A DNA stretch of 64,000 nucleotides, from NCBI GenBank assembly GCA_964442455.1, contig CAYTZB010000001.1:85910-149909 (forward strand). Reading direction: 5' to 3'. This DNA is from an uncultured Gammaproteobacteria bacterium (GTDB lineage Bacteria; Patescibacteriota; Microgenomatia; UBA8517; JACQJR01). The position numbers and the translations under genes are program-made. The notes beneath the pieces were generated by a model. The model was not told the origin of the DNA. It saw only the letters and a list, made by a program, of their open reading frames with translations, and searched no databases. Within the stretch, counting starts at the first letter, position 1; each line of letters starts with the position of its first letter. Of the stretch, positions 25,542-34,995 are shown piece after piece.

Positions 25542-26810
25542 ATGGCTAAAGGAAAAGTTATTGCCGGAATAGATATTGGTTCTTCCAAAGTTGCGACCGT
25601 CATAGGCAGTGCAAATCCAGAGGAAGAAGTACTACAAGTTTTGGGAGTGGCGTCTGTTCCTGCTCCGCCTGATGGAATTAAGAAGGGGCAAATTGTTGAT
25701 ATTGAGAAAGCCTCTGGGGCGGTTGTAGCTTCGGTTGAGAAAGCAGAACGGATGGCGGGGTTTGCACTCGATAACGTCGTCGTTGTTATTAATGGTGGAC
25801 ATATTCAGGGTCAAAACTCTCATGGGGTTGTTGCAATATCCTCCCCGGAGGGAGAGATAGAAGGAAGTGATGTTGAGCGGGTCATTGATGCCGCGCGTGC
25901 GATATCTCTTCCAGCTGGTCGCGAAGTTATTCATGTGCTCCCTTGTGAGTTTATTGTAGATGGGGAGAAAGGGATAAAGGATCCGGTGGGAATGAGTGGG
26001 GTGCGGCTTGAGGTAGAAGCGCATATTGTAACCGCGTCAACAACTGCCATTCGCAATTTAACCAAGTGTGTAAGTGAGGTGGGAGCGAGAATTTCCGGTG
26101 TGGTGTTCTCGGGGTTTGCCGCCGCCGCATCGGTGCTTTCTGATACCGAACGGGAACTAGGAGTCGTGTTAATTGACCTTGGAGCGGGGACGACCTCAAT
26201 TGCCGTTTTCACCGATGGCGCACTGGTTCACTCGCGAGTGCTTCCTATTGGTTCAAAAAATATTACCAATGATTTAGCTATAGGACTGCGCACCTCGCTT
26301 GAGAGTGCTGAGAAGATTAAAATTTCTCTCTCCGCAGCAAGTAAAAAAGACAAAGAGGAAGACGAGATAGACGTGTCGGGGTTGGGTGTTGATGGAGGGG
26401 AACGGACTGTGTCAAAAAGGACCCTTTCAGAGGGGATTATACGGCCTAGACTCAACGAAATTTGGAGTATGGTAGGGATGGAGCTCAAGGCCACGGGTCT
26501 TGGAGGGAGAACCCCGGCAGGAGTGGTGATTACCGGAGGGGGAGCGTTAACGGTAGGAGCGGTTGAGTCAGCACGGCGAATCTTAGCCCTTCCTGTTCGG
26601 GTGGGAATTCCCACCGGTATTTCGGGATTGGTTGACGATGTCTCAACGCCCGCATTTGCCGCAACGGTTGGGGCGGTTGCGTGGGCAGCACAAAACGTTG
26701 CCCCTCCTTCGGGTTTTCGTATTGGTCAGTTCACCCGTCCCTTCGAAAGCCTCCCTGTAAAAGGAGTGGTAGGCAAGGTGGTTGAGGTTATAAAAGGATT
26801 GCTGCCATAA
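25542..26810 (+). CDS. ftsA: cell division protein FtsA
   Basis: Actin-like ATPase. IAGIDIGSSKVATVIG, GGGHIQG and DLGAGTTSIAVF. Confidence 0.95.
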   Translation: MAKGKVIAGIDIGSSKVATVIGSANPEEEVLQVLGVASVPAPPDGIKKGQIVDIEKASGAVVASVEKAERMAGFALDNVVVVINGGHIQGQNSHGVVAISSPEGEIEGSDVERVIDAARAISLPAGREVIHVLPCEFIVDGEKGIKDPVGMSGVRLEVEAHIVTASTTAIRNLTKCVSEVGARISGVVFSGFAAAASVLSDTERELGVVLIDLGAGTTSIAVFTDGALVHSRVLPIGSKNITNDLAIGLRTSLESAEKIKISLSAASKKDKEEDEIDVSGLGVDGGERTVSKRTLSEGIIRPRLNEIWSMVGMELKATGLGGRTPAGVVITGGGALTVGAVESARRILALPVRVGIPTGISGLVDDVSTPAFAATVGAVAWAAQNVAPPSGFRIGQFTRPFESLPVKGVVGKVVEVIKGLLP

Positions 26811-26822
26811 AAGTTCATGGTT

Positions 26823-26850
26823 GAAGCGCGTCAGAAAACGCCGCTTTTCG
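26823..26850 (+). terminator. weak stem-loop downstream of ftsA (possible intrinsic terminator)
   Basis: GAAGCGCG, then the loop TCAGAAAA, then CGCCGCTTTTCG. The stem is imperfect (1-nt bulge) and the U-tract is short. Confidence 0.25.
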
Positions 26851-26999
26851 ATTAGCATACGAGGAATCAAAATTTTTTACTCCGTTGTCCCCTTGAGAAC
26901 TGCTAAAAATTTATTCACCTAAAACCTGAGGATATTTCTCGACTATAGGCTCATTTTGTGCTAAAATACGCTTGAAATGGTAGAAAAAGAAATCTTTTT

Positions 27000-27008
27000 G
27001 GTATAATT
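27000..27008 (+). promoter_or_regulatory. extended -10 promoter TGgTATAAT for the 590-aa gene
   Basis: Perfect TGnTATAAT lies 13 nt before ATG 27022. Confidence 0.4.
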
Positions 27009-27021
27009 AAGGCAAAATTTT

Positions 27022-28794
27022 ATGATCGCTGAACGTCAAGAAAATAAAGCCGTTCAATTGAACGGTCGAGATTGGTTATCCCCTGAGGTTGATGATATTG
27101 CACGTCAAGCAATTAGAGATATGGTGCCGCAGAGATCTGAGGATGGTAATGGTTTGCATTCACAGGAAGAGTTAAATAATGCATTATCAATTTCTTCCTT
27201 TCGTAGAAATGGTCTCCTTGGAATGTTACATATAAAATTTGATGGCGATATTGAGCAAGCTTTAAGATTTGCATATCCTGAGATTTTTAGAAAACCACTT
27301 TTACATCTTGATGAACCTCATTATGGTGATCCTTTTCAAGAAACATGGAGGGAAAGAGAACGCGAAATTGAAGGCAGAATAATATCGACGATGGAAAGGA
27401 GTAGGTTAGGTCATATCTATTTCTACGATAATGAAGTTATTGATAGTGATCAAAAAGCAAGGAAACTTATGAAATTGGGTAGACGGGTCGAGCGCCATGT
27501 AAACCGAAGAAATACCCGTGAACGTCATCACGAAAAAATAGACGTTGACGAATGGCAGGGAAGAGAAAATGAAGATTTTCAAAGAGCAATAGTTCGTTTT
27601 CTAAAACTTGGTGATAGCGTCGCAGGTTTTCTCGGCAGCAACGATACTGAAATTCCACGTTCTATTTTAAATCGAATTGGACAACAAGGAGTATTTTATA
27701 TGATAGGTCGCAGAAATTATCCTTATAACGAACTCGCCGGTTCATTTCCTAACGCAAATAATAGAGGAATCGAGGACGAACTTTTAGCAAGAGCTCTTGA
27801 GTTGGGAGAGTCTTTAATATTGAACAACTACGATCAAGAACAAATAAAAAAAACACTTAACGGTCATAAAATCTATCCAGTTGTCTACAGACCTCCCAAT
27901 CTTCCTGAAGAAATTTCTCGACATTCTTTAAATGCTTTCATTGTGAGCGATCGAGTAAGGGAAATTTTGGAAGAATTTAGGGAAGATTTCCTATGGGCAA
28001 TAGATTCAGCTTTAAAACAAGGTGGATATTTAATTTTTCGAGAAAACGCCAGGCAACAGACAAATATTGAGTACTATGGCCAAGATCTTTGGTCTAGCAG
28101 ATATCAAAGAGTAGGGACGGGAACGAAATCGGCCCAATTAATGATTTTTCGTAAAGTTGCTACAGGTAATTCTATGGTTAGTATTTCTCAAACAGTTTCA
28201 GAAAGTTCTCAATCGACTGAAAATGAAGAGGAATTTGGAGTGTGTACTATTGAACATAAGTGGGAATTTGAAAACGGAGAAGGGGCTGATAAGCAAATTT
28301 ACGCAGCACTTAAGCATGTTATTGAACAAAAACATAGATTAAACGGGGAAGTTACAGAAGCTCAACAGATAGACGAGTTACTAAAAGGAACGTTGAGCGT
28401 AAGTTGGTTTAGGAAAACTGGGCTTTTGCCAATCTTATTTAGTCGGTTTGGCGGAAGTGTTGAAAAAGCAGCGGAGTTTGTTATAGAACATAACCAAGCA
28501 GGAAGAACTCCTCCAACTATTATCCAAAGATCTCCTGAAGGGGCAAAATCCTCTTATAATCTCTACGATCTTGCCAAAGAATTGGGAGTTAGGATAGATG
28601 TTATTAGAAAAACTCTAAATAATGCTGGTATAAAAGGAGTACAGTCACAAAGAAATAAAGGGAATTTTCACCCCCAAACAAGTAGAATGCAATTTTCTTA
28701 TCAGGAGTTTTTAACATTAAGAGATGTATTACGGAGGGATTTAAATGTAGAAAAGGCTACCAAGGAAAGGAGCGATAATGCAGAGAGAATTTGA
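27022..28794 (+). CDS. hypothetical protein (590 aa) with two copies of a WF[RQ]K-GLL ... FA[YW]PE-F repeat module
   Basis: Long ORF. Its repeats SSFRRNGLLGMLHIKFDGDIEQALRFAYPEIF and SWFRKTGLLPILFSRFGGSVEKAAEFV are shared with the N-terminus of the following giant protein. The C-terminus is HTH-like. Confidence 0.65.
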   Translation: MIAERQENKAVQLNGRDWLSPEVDDIARQAIRDMVPQRSEDGNGLHSQEELNNALSISSFRRNGLLGMLHIKFDGDIEQALRFAYPEIFRKPLLHLDEPHYGDPFQETWREREREIEGRIISTMERSRLGHIYFYDNEVIDSDQKARKLMKLGRRVERHVNRRNTRERHHEKIDVDEWQGRENEDFQRAIVRFLKLGDSVAGFLGSNDTEIPRSILNRIGQQGVFYMIGRRNYPYNELAGSFPNANNRGIEDELLARALELGESLILNNYDQEQIKKTLNGHKIYPVVYRPPNLPEEISRHSLNAFIVSDRVREILEEFREDFLWAIDSALKQGGYLIFRENARQQTNIEYYGQDLWSSRYQRVGTGTKSAQLMIFRKVATGNSMVSISQTVSESSQSTENEEEFGVCTIEHKWEFENGEGADKQIYAALKHVIEQKHRLNGEVTEAQQIDELLKGTLSVSWFRKTGLLPILFSRFGGSVEKAAEFVIEHNQAGRTPPTIIQRSPEGAKSSYNLYDLAKELGVRIDVIRKTLNNAGIKGVQSQRNKGNFHPQTSRMQFSYQEFLTLRDVLRRDLNVEKATKERSDNAERI

Positions 28795-31700
28795 ATCTCA
28801 AAGAACGATAGAAATAACACCGGGCAAATCTCCAACTAATGAAGTTATAGAAAGGGTAGGTAGAGAAATAACTCACTGTGATTTGCTCCATATGTGGAAT
28901 TTTGAGGTGGATGGGAGGAACCAGCAAGAGATAGATGAAGAACTTCAGGAAGCAATAAGGCATGTTGTAACGTATACACATACCATCAATGGTGCAGAGT
29001 ATGGAGGCTACCTACCTGATGAGACACTTGAAGAAAAATTGAATTTAGCGTGGTTTCAGAAAGTGGGACTGTTAAAACCAGTGGCGTTGCAGTTTAAGGG
29101 TGAAATTGCAGATGTTGTTCGGTTTGCGTGGCCTGAAGGATTTCACCAGGAAGAGCAAGAGAGAGTCCAGGCGTTTCGTTTGAGACCAGATACAATTGAA
29201 TTTTGGCAGGAATTAAAGAAAGATCTAGAAGGAATACAAACGCCCAAAAATATGGCACTTTCAACTTTTATGATGTATTACGATCCTCGAACAAAAAGGC
29301 AATCTTATCTTGAGGGAGGTAAATATATATACCTTTACGGCCTCTTTTTTCAGGATACATTAGCTGAAGAGTCGATTCATAACCCGGTTGATTATTTAAG
29401 CTCCCGATTCAATCCACCTCGTGATAATCAAGAATTTATTGATCTAGTCAAGGAAACACGTGAGCTTGCGGAGATAAAGCTTCGTAAACCCTATGGAAGT
29501 GTTATGGACATACAAGAAAGGCTTGCAGATCCTAGTTTTTTGGAAGAGTTTGTAATAGATTTGAACGAATATACTGAAGATTTCACTTTTGCTAACTTTA
29601 TGCAAGGCTGGTTGAATTATACAACTCCCAATGGTGACATCATACGGTGGAGTGCTAGAGGAAAGTACAGAGAGCTTCTCAATGATCTTTTAGCACGAAG
29701 GTGGATTGCACAACTGGGCGAAAATGCCGGTTCTGAATCTACACCAAAAAAACCCGCTGAAATATTTTATGAAGCTGCTCCGCAGAACCTCAAACTTTTA
29801 CTTTTGGCGAAATTTCCGAAGGATTTTTCCCATCTTACACTCGAAAGTTTGGAACAGAGTCAGGTAGTGTCAGATGAAGTTCGTGCAATACTTGAAGAGA
29901 CCAGCTTACTGGGAGTTGATAGTCAAGATCGTATTTTAGAGACGCTTGGGAATTATATCTTAGCTAAACATAAAAATAATGAAAGTCTTAATTATCTTGA
30001 TGGTCAACGAATTAAGACGATTTTACTTCAAGTTTCTCAACAAATTCTTCCCGCAGTTATTAGAAGAGCTGCTTCTTCCAAAACGGAGAGCGTTTTAACC
30101 GATAGTCGCATAGTTCCTACAGTTTTGAGCGAAGCAAACTCAGAGAATCAAGAAGTTGCTGACTCTGCCCAAGAGTTGTTGGAATCTCTTAGGGAGGCGT
30201 ACTACTTTCCCCTGCTTAAAAGTTTACTTTACAAACCAACAGCGCTTTTTTGGACTTCATATTTAACTGAGCACCCCGAAGAGGTAACAGTTCCTCCTGC
30301 CATGTTAATTAATTTCCTTGAAAAGCATTTAAAAGGAAGAGTAGAAGAAATTGCTCTTCAAGGCGATCAAAAAGAGGTTCTTGGTTATTTAAGTCAAGAG
30401 GTACTTCCTAATGTCTATCGCCACTTTGCTGAAGTTGCTACCTTTGCCCAGACAATTGCTCACTTTAGAACAAAGGATATTGAAGGGAAACCTCAACATT
30501 TACTTTTTCACCAAGTAGAAGGAATTAAGAAATTGATCGAAGATAAAGGCGGAATTGTATCAGATGAACCTGGTACTGGCAAAACACTTATACTTGCGCT
30601 TTCTGCACTTAATCTGATGGACAGAAGCGGAATTGTTGGACGAGGTACACCTGGGCGCGCTTTAGTAGTTGGGACAAAATCAGTAATAGATAATTGGGAA
30701 AGTGAACTGGATGCACATATACGAACAGACTATATAGATGTTGTAAATGTCAACTTCACCAATCAGAAAGATAGACAAGTGAGTAGAGATGAGTTACAAG
30801 CCCGGTTACGTGAGCTAGAAAGATTACTTCGAAACCCTAGACATCAGAGACAAATGGTATTGGTCAATTACGATTTGTTCAGACACCCTACATTTAAAAA
30901 GATTTTGGGATCTTATCCGTTTGATTCTGTGATAGTTGATGAGGCACATAACGTTAAATCTCGGTTTCTTGAATCAATTAATACCTATGAGAAAAGCGAT
31001 GATTTACGGAGTAGCACGAGTGTAGCTAAAAGAACAAGGGGTCTTTATAGCTACATCAGAACTAGTCCTGACCTTTCTGTATTTTTTGCCACGAGTACAC
31101 CTTATGTTAAAGAGCTTGTCGAACCTCTTATTATGGCGCATTTAGTTAACGAACAACTTGTACCTAGAGAAAGGGTACAACAACTTATGGAAGATACTGT
31201 TGGAACTCACCAAGTATTAAGACAAGTGATGATTCGCAGAAAGAAAGAGGAGATAGCTGACTTACCACCTAAAGAAACGGTAGTAGTTCCGATTGATCTT
31301 ACTTTGCTTTCCGAGGAGGAGAAGCAAGAGTTTAAAGCAATAGCACAAGAGATTATGGAGAACGAAAATTTTGCTGCACGGTTTTATTCAATGCTTTCGC
31401 TTGAAGGTTTGGCCAAATATCCCTGGTTGACAGAAAAGGTTAAAGAGCTTATTTCAGATGGTCGCAAGGTAATTATCTTCACCCCCTTTGTGGTTGGAGA
31501 AAATCGATATACTGCGCCGATTAGTACCGCACGAATAGCAGCAAAATTAATGGGTGCAGGAATTCCAATCAACTCAGTTGCTGTTTTGGACGGAAGTTTA
31601 GATGAAGGAGAACGAATTAGTGTGCAAGGACGTTTTCGTAACCAGCGAGATCCGAAAGTTTTAGTTGGTAATTACATTACCGCAGGAGAGTCAATAACAC

Positions 31701-34700
31701 TCAACTCACCCACCAATAGAGCTACGGAAGTAATTATCTTTGTGGGGCCAAATACAATTACTCGCTATATTCAAGGGGTTGACCGAAGCCACAGAATTGG
31801 GCAAACAGAAAAAGTTACCATTCACATACCATATGTTACTGGAGATTTGCTTGGACGAGGTGAGACCTACGACGAAGCAGTAATTAAACGACTTATGGAT
31901 GAACTGGTAGTTTTTGGAGCTGTCGTCGACGGGCGATTCTTTATGGAGCCAAAAGATATCTATCAATCAATTATTCAAACAGATAGAGCAAAACCGAGAG
32001 GTAGTGTTGAATTTACACGAGAGCATCGACAACGATCAAGAGAGAGGCGACGTGGTCCTTATACACCTCGGTTGCCCGGAGAACCAACTCCAAGAGTAAT
32101 GATAAGTGAAGATGAGGTTATCGATTTTGGATGGATGCAAAATATTCGTGAGGTTGTTACTCGTGAGAGCGAGTCTGAACAGGATATAGTGAGAATGTAT
32201 CTAGAGCAGATAGGACAATACCCACTATTTAATCCGGATAATCCAAATCACGAAAGATTGGCGTTCGATTATTTTAAAAGTGACAGAACCCTTGATGAAT
32301 TAAAGATAGATTCAGAATTTCTTTCAATGATTAATCCGCGAGATAGAGAAGATTTTGGACGTGTTCTGACTGATAGCCAAAGTATTCAAGATTTAATTAT
32401 TAACTGTAATCTCCGCTTGGTAGTTTCAGTAGCTCGTCAACGTCAAGGTCGCGGCTTACCCCTTTTGGATTTAATACAAGAAGGAACATTTGGCTTAATG
32501 CATGCGGTTGAACTCTTCGAACCCGAGCGAGGAAATAAATTTTCAACATACGCAACGTGGTGGATACGCCAAAGTATAAACAGAGCGATCATGAATTCTT
32601 CGCAGACAATCCGATTGCCAGTTCATATGTATGAAAGAATTGGTTTGGCTCGGAGATTTGCAAGAGAATTTGAAGCTACAAATGGTCGCACCCCAAAAGT
32701 GAGTGAGCTGCGCGAGTTAGTTTTAACTCAAACAAAGTTTTCCGAAAGTGAAGTTGACTCTGTAATCGAAACCATTGCTTCAGGAGTTATGCAAATGGGC
32801 ACTTTGGACTTTGAGATTGGGGAAGATGGAGAAGATACATTATATGATGTCGTTGCCGACAAGAGAATGGATGTTGAAGCAACTGTTTTGGAAGAAACAG
32901 AGGATGATGAGCTGAATACTGAGGTAAAGAGGGCTCTGAAAGAGAATTTGGATGAAAGAGAAAGAAGAATAATAGAGTTAAGATTCGGTTTGGGTGAAAC
33001 AAGAGAGAGAACTCTAGAAGAAGTCGGACAAGAATTTGGATTGACACGAGAACGTGTTAGACAGATTCAGGAAAGAAGTTTAGGCAAACTTAGTAGAGAC
33101 AAACAATTACGCGCTCGGTGGGAAGGCGATGCTCCGAGTTTTGTGTATCATACGAGTGCAGAGCAAGCAGCCATCAGGTTAGGATTATTCAATAAGAAGC
33201 AAAGTTATGTCGAGAAAGTTGTCGCAGAGTTACCTCCCCATCTTCAGAGTGTGCTTAATCAACGTATTCTCAAAGCAGCATCTTTGATAAATGGAGATGC
33301 ACAAAATGGGACTTCCGAAGTGGATCAAAGTTATCAATTTACACTTGCACGACTTGCAGTATGGGAGAAGTTAGGGACACTTTATCCAGACGATTTAACT
33401 GACTCACGGCAACGTCGTGAAATATATGGAAAAGATTTTGGGCCATATTTTGACCTATCGCTTATGAAACGGTTGTATGAGCGAAGGGATGGTAGAGTTA
33501 GACTGTTAGATAATCGAGTGTTATCGCACTTTTTTGGATTTGGCGATGGTCAGAAACCCCTCTTAAGTGTAGAGAAAGTTACTCAAGAGCTAGGAATTCC
33601 ACAGGATACAGTTACCGCGGGTCTTCATAAGGGGTTGCAGGTACTTGAAGCTCCACCAGAGAAGAAAACCAGAGCAGAAGAGCTCAGCAGAGAACACAGC
33701 ATTGTTGCACAGGCGTTTCGCAATCAAGAGATTTGGGATCAAATTCCTGATAGAGAAAAAAGCATATTAACACTCTATTTCATACGTGGTGGCGATCAAC
33801 AAGTATTAAAAGAGAATTTTTCGAGAATTTTCGGGATTTCTCTGCCTGAAGTAGATGCACGAATAAACGCTGCAGTAGAGTTAACTGAACGACTTTTAAC
33901 AGAAATTCAGGCTAAACCAGAACGTCAACGAAGGGTAACAAGAGGAGAACTTAGAGATATGGTTGAAGGATTATTGAAAGAGTATCCTTGGTTGAGCAAT
34001 AGCGAAGTAACAGAGCATCTTTCAACAAAACTAAAACAAGATTTAAGCAAAGCTCGTGTTGACCAAGCGAGGAAGAGCTTGGTTGCCCTTGAGAGAGTAG
34101 AGTCACGGCGTGGAAAATTAGATATACTTGACTCAAGAGTCGAAGCATTACTACTCCAAGGATTAAAACCCCAGCAAATTGCTGAGAGTTTGGTTCAATC
34201 AGAAAAAAGAGTTATTGCTTCTATAAGAAGATTGATTAGCACAGGAAATCTTGATACCCAACTTATTCAGTGGAGAAACGATGGCCTTTCAAAGGAAGAA
34301 ATTGCTGAAAGAATAGGAAGTTCAGCTGTTACCATAGGGAGAAGGCTCCGGGTACATGTTGAATCTGGTGCTCTACCTTTCCATCCTCGTGATCCTCGGA
34401 CAGTTGATGATTCTGGAGTTACCGAGCACGTCAGAAACCTAGACGGTATGGTTGAGTCATTGATTCTTCAAGATCCAAAAATAAAAACTAAAGAAATTAT
34501 TGCTGCATTGGAACCTACAGTAGGAAAATACATGGCGGAATTAACAATCCGGAGAGCAAAGAAGCGGCTGGTAGCTGCAGGGAGAATACCTTCTCATTTA
34601 TTTAATCTTACCCATGAGGAAGCAGTAGCTTTAGATCAACAAGTAGAAGAATTGGTAAAAAACGGAAATCTCTCTTATAAAGAGATAGCTGCTGCATTGA

Positions 34701-34951
34701 ATCAGCCAATCAGCAGAATTAGAAATTCTAAAGAAAGACTTGTCAAGACTCGCAGAATTGAGCCTAATCCAAAGTATGTTGACAAAGGAGCTAGTGCAGC
34801 TCTAGAGGAGTACTTATCAACACATCATGGTGATGAAATTAATTTATCAGAGTTTGCGCGCTCTATTGGTATTAGCCGCGAACGCGCAAGCCAACTCTAC
34901 AAGCGGTTAACCAATTCGCAGCTTAAGGAATTAATGACGCGGAGGAAGTAA
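28778..34951 (+). CDS. giant multidomain protein (2057 aa): N-terminal unknown region, SNF2-family ATPase/helicase, complete sigma-70 (regions 1.2, 2, 3, 4) and a C-terminal array of HTH repeats
   Basis: SNF2 motifs: LLFHQVEGIKKL, DEPGTGKTL, VIVDEAHNVK, and helicase-C QGVDRSHRIGQ. Sigma motifs: VRMYLEQIGQ, DLIQEGTFGLMHAVELFEPERGNKFSTYATWWIRQSINRAI, RLPVHMYERI, and LRFGLGETRERTLEEVGQEFGLTRERVRQIQERSLGKL. A strong RBS (GGAAAGGAG) sits 6 nt upstream, with a 17-nt overlap onto the preceding gene. Confidence 0.85.
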   Translation: MQREFESQRTIEITPGKSPTNEVIERVGREITHCDLLHMWNFEVDGRNQQEIDEELQEAIRHVVTYTHTINGAEYGGYLPDETLEEKLNLAWFQKVGLLKPVALQFKGEIADVVRFAWPEGFHQEEQERVQAFRLRPDTIEFWQELKKDLEGIQTPKNMALSTFMMYYDPRTKRQSYLEGGKYIYLYGLFFQDTLAEESIHNPVDYLSSRFNPPRDNQEFIDLVKETRELAEIKLRKPYGSVMDIQERLADPSFLEEFVIDLNEYTEDFTFANFMQGWLNYTTPNGDIIRWSARGKYRELLNDLLARRWIAQLGENAGSESTPKKPAEIFYEAAPQNLKLLLLAKFPKDFSHLTLESLEQSQVVSDEVRAILEETSLLGVDSQDRILETLGNYILAKHKNNESLNYLDGQRIKTILLQVSQQILPAVIRRAASSKTESVLTDSRIVPTVLSEANSENQEVADSAQELLESLREAYYFPLLKSLLYKPTALFWTSYLTEHPEEVTVPPAMLINFLEKHLKGRVEEIALQGDQKEVLGYLSQEVLPNVYRHFAEVATFAQTIAHFRTKDIEGKPQHLLFHQVEGIKKLIEDKGGIVSDEPGTGKTLILALSALNLMDRSGIVGRGTPGRALVVGTKSVIDNWESELDAHIRTDYIDVVNVNFTNQKDRQVSRDELQARLRELERLLRNPRHQRQMVLVNYDLFRHPTFKKILGSYPFDSVIVDEAHNVKSRFLESINTYEKSDDLRSSTSVAKRTRGLYSYIRTSPDLSVFFATSTPYVKELVEPLIMAHLVNEQLVPRERVQQLMEDTVGTHQVLRQVMIRRKKEEIADLPPKETVVVPIDLTLLSEEEKQEFKAIAQEIMENENFAARFYSMLSLEGLAKYPWLTEKVKELISDGRKVIIFTPFVVGENRYTAPISTARIAAKLMGAGIPINSVAVLDGSLDEGERISVQGRFRNQRDPKVLVGNYITAGESITLNSPTNRATEVIIFVGPNTITRYIQGVDRSHRIGQTEKVTIHIPYVTGDLLGRGETYDEAVIKRLMDELVVFGAVVDGRFFMEPKDIYQSIIQTDRAKPRGSVEFTREHRQRSRERRRGPYTPRLPGEPTPRVMISEDEVIDFGWMQNIREVVTRESESEQDIVRMYLEQIGQYPLFNPDNPNHERLAFDYFKSDRTLDELKIDSEFLSMINPRDREDFGRVLTDSQSIQDLIINCNLRLVVSVARQRQGRGLPLLDLIQEGTFGLMHAVELFEPERGNKFSTYATWWIRQSINRAIMNSSQTIRLPVHMYERIGLARRFAREFEATNGRTPKVSELRELVLTQTKFSESEVDSVIETIASGVMQMGTLDFEIGEDGEDTLYDVVADKRMDVEATVLEETEDDELNTEVKRALKENLDERERRIIELRFGLGETRERTLEEVGQEFGLTRERVRQIQERSLGKLSRDKQLRARWEGDAPSFVYHTSAEQAAIRLGLFNKKQSYVEKVVAELPPHLQSVLNQRILKAASLINGDAQNGTSEVDQSYQFTLARLAVWEKLGTLYPDDLTDSRQRREIYGKDFGPYFDLSLMKRLYERRDGRVRLLDNRVLSHFFGFGDGQKPLLSVEKVTQELGIPQDTVTAGLHKGLQVLEAPPEKKTRAEELSREHSIVAQAFRNQEIWDQIPDREKSILTLYFIRGGDQQVLKENFSRIFGISLPEVDARINAAVELTERLLTEIQAKPERQRRVTRGELRDMVEGLLKEYPWLSNSEVTEHLSTKLKQDLSKARVDQARKSLVALERVESRRGKLDILDSRVEALLLQGLKPQQIAESLVQSEKRVIASIRRLISTGNLDTQLIQWRNDGLSKEEIAERIGSSAVTIGRRLRVHVESGALPFHPRDPRTVDDSGVTEHVRNLDGMVESLILQDPKIKTKEIIAALEPTVGKYMAELTIRRAKKRLVAAGRIPSHLFNLTHEEAVALDQQVEELVKNGNLSYKEIAAALNQPISRIRNSKERLVKTRRIEPNPKYVDKGASAALEEYLSTHHGDEINLSEFARSIGISRERASQLYKRLTNSQLKELMTRRK

Positions 34952-34995
34952 GAAAGTTGCTTTTACGCTTCTTGTAAGCTATACTACACACCGAT

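Noticed and set aside
28778-34951. Simple annotation of the giant ORF as housekeeping RpoD
   Set aside because: The sigma-70 module occupies under 20% of the protein and is preceded by a full SNF2 ATPase. Calling it rpoD would hide the fusion. Whether it is the primary sigma cannot be decided from this window.
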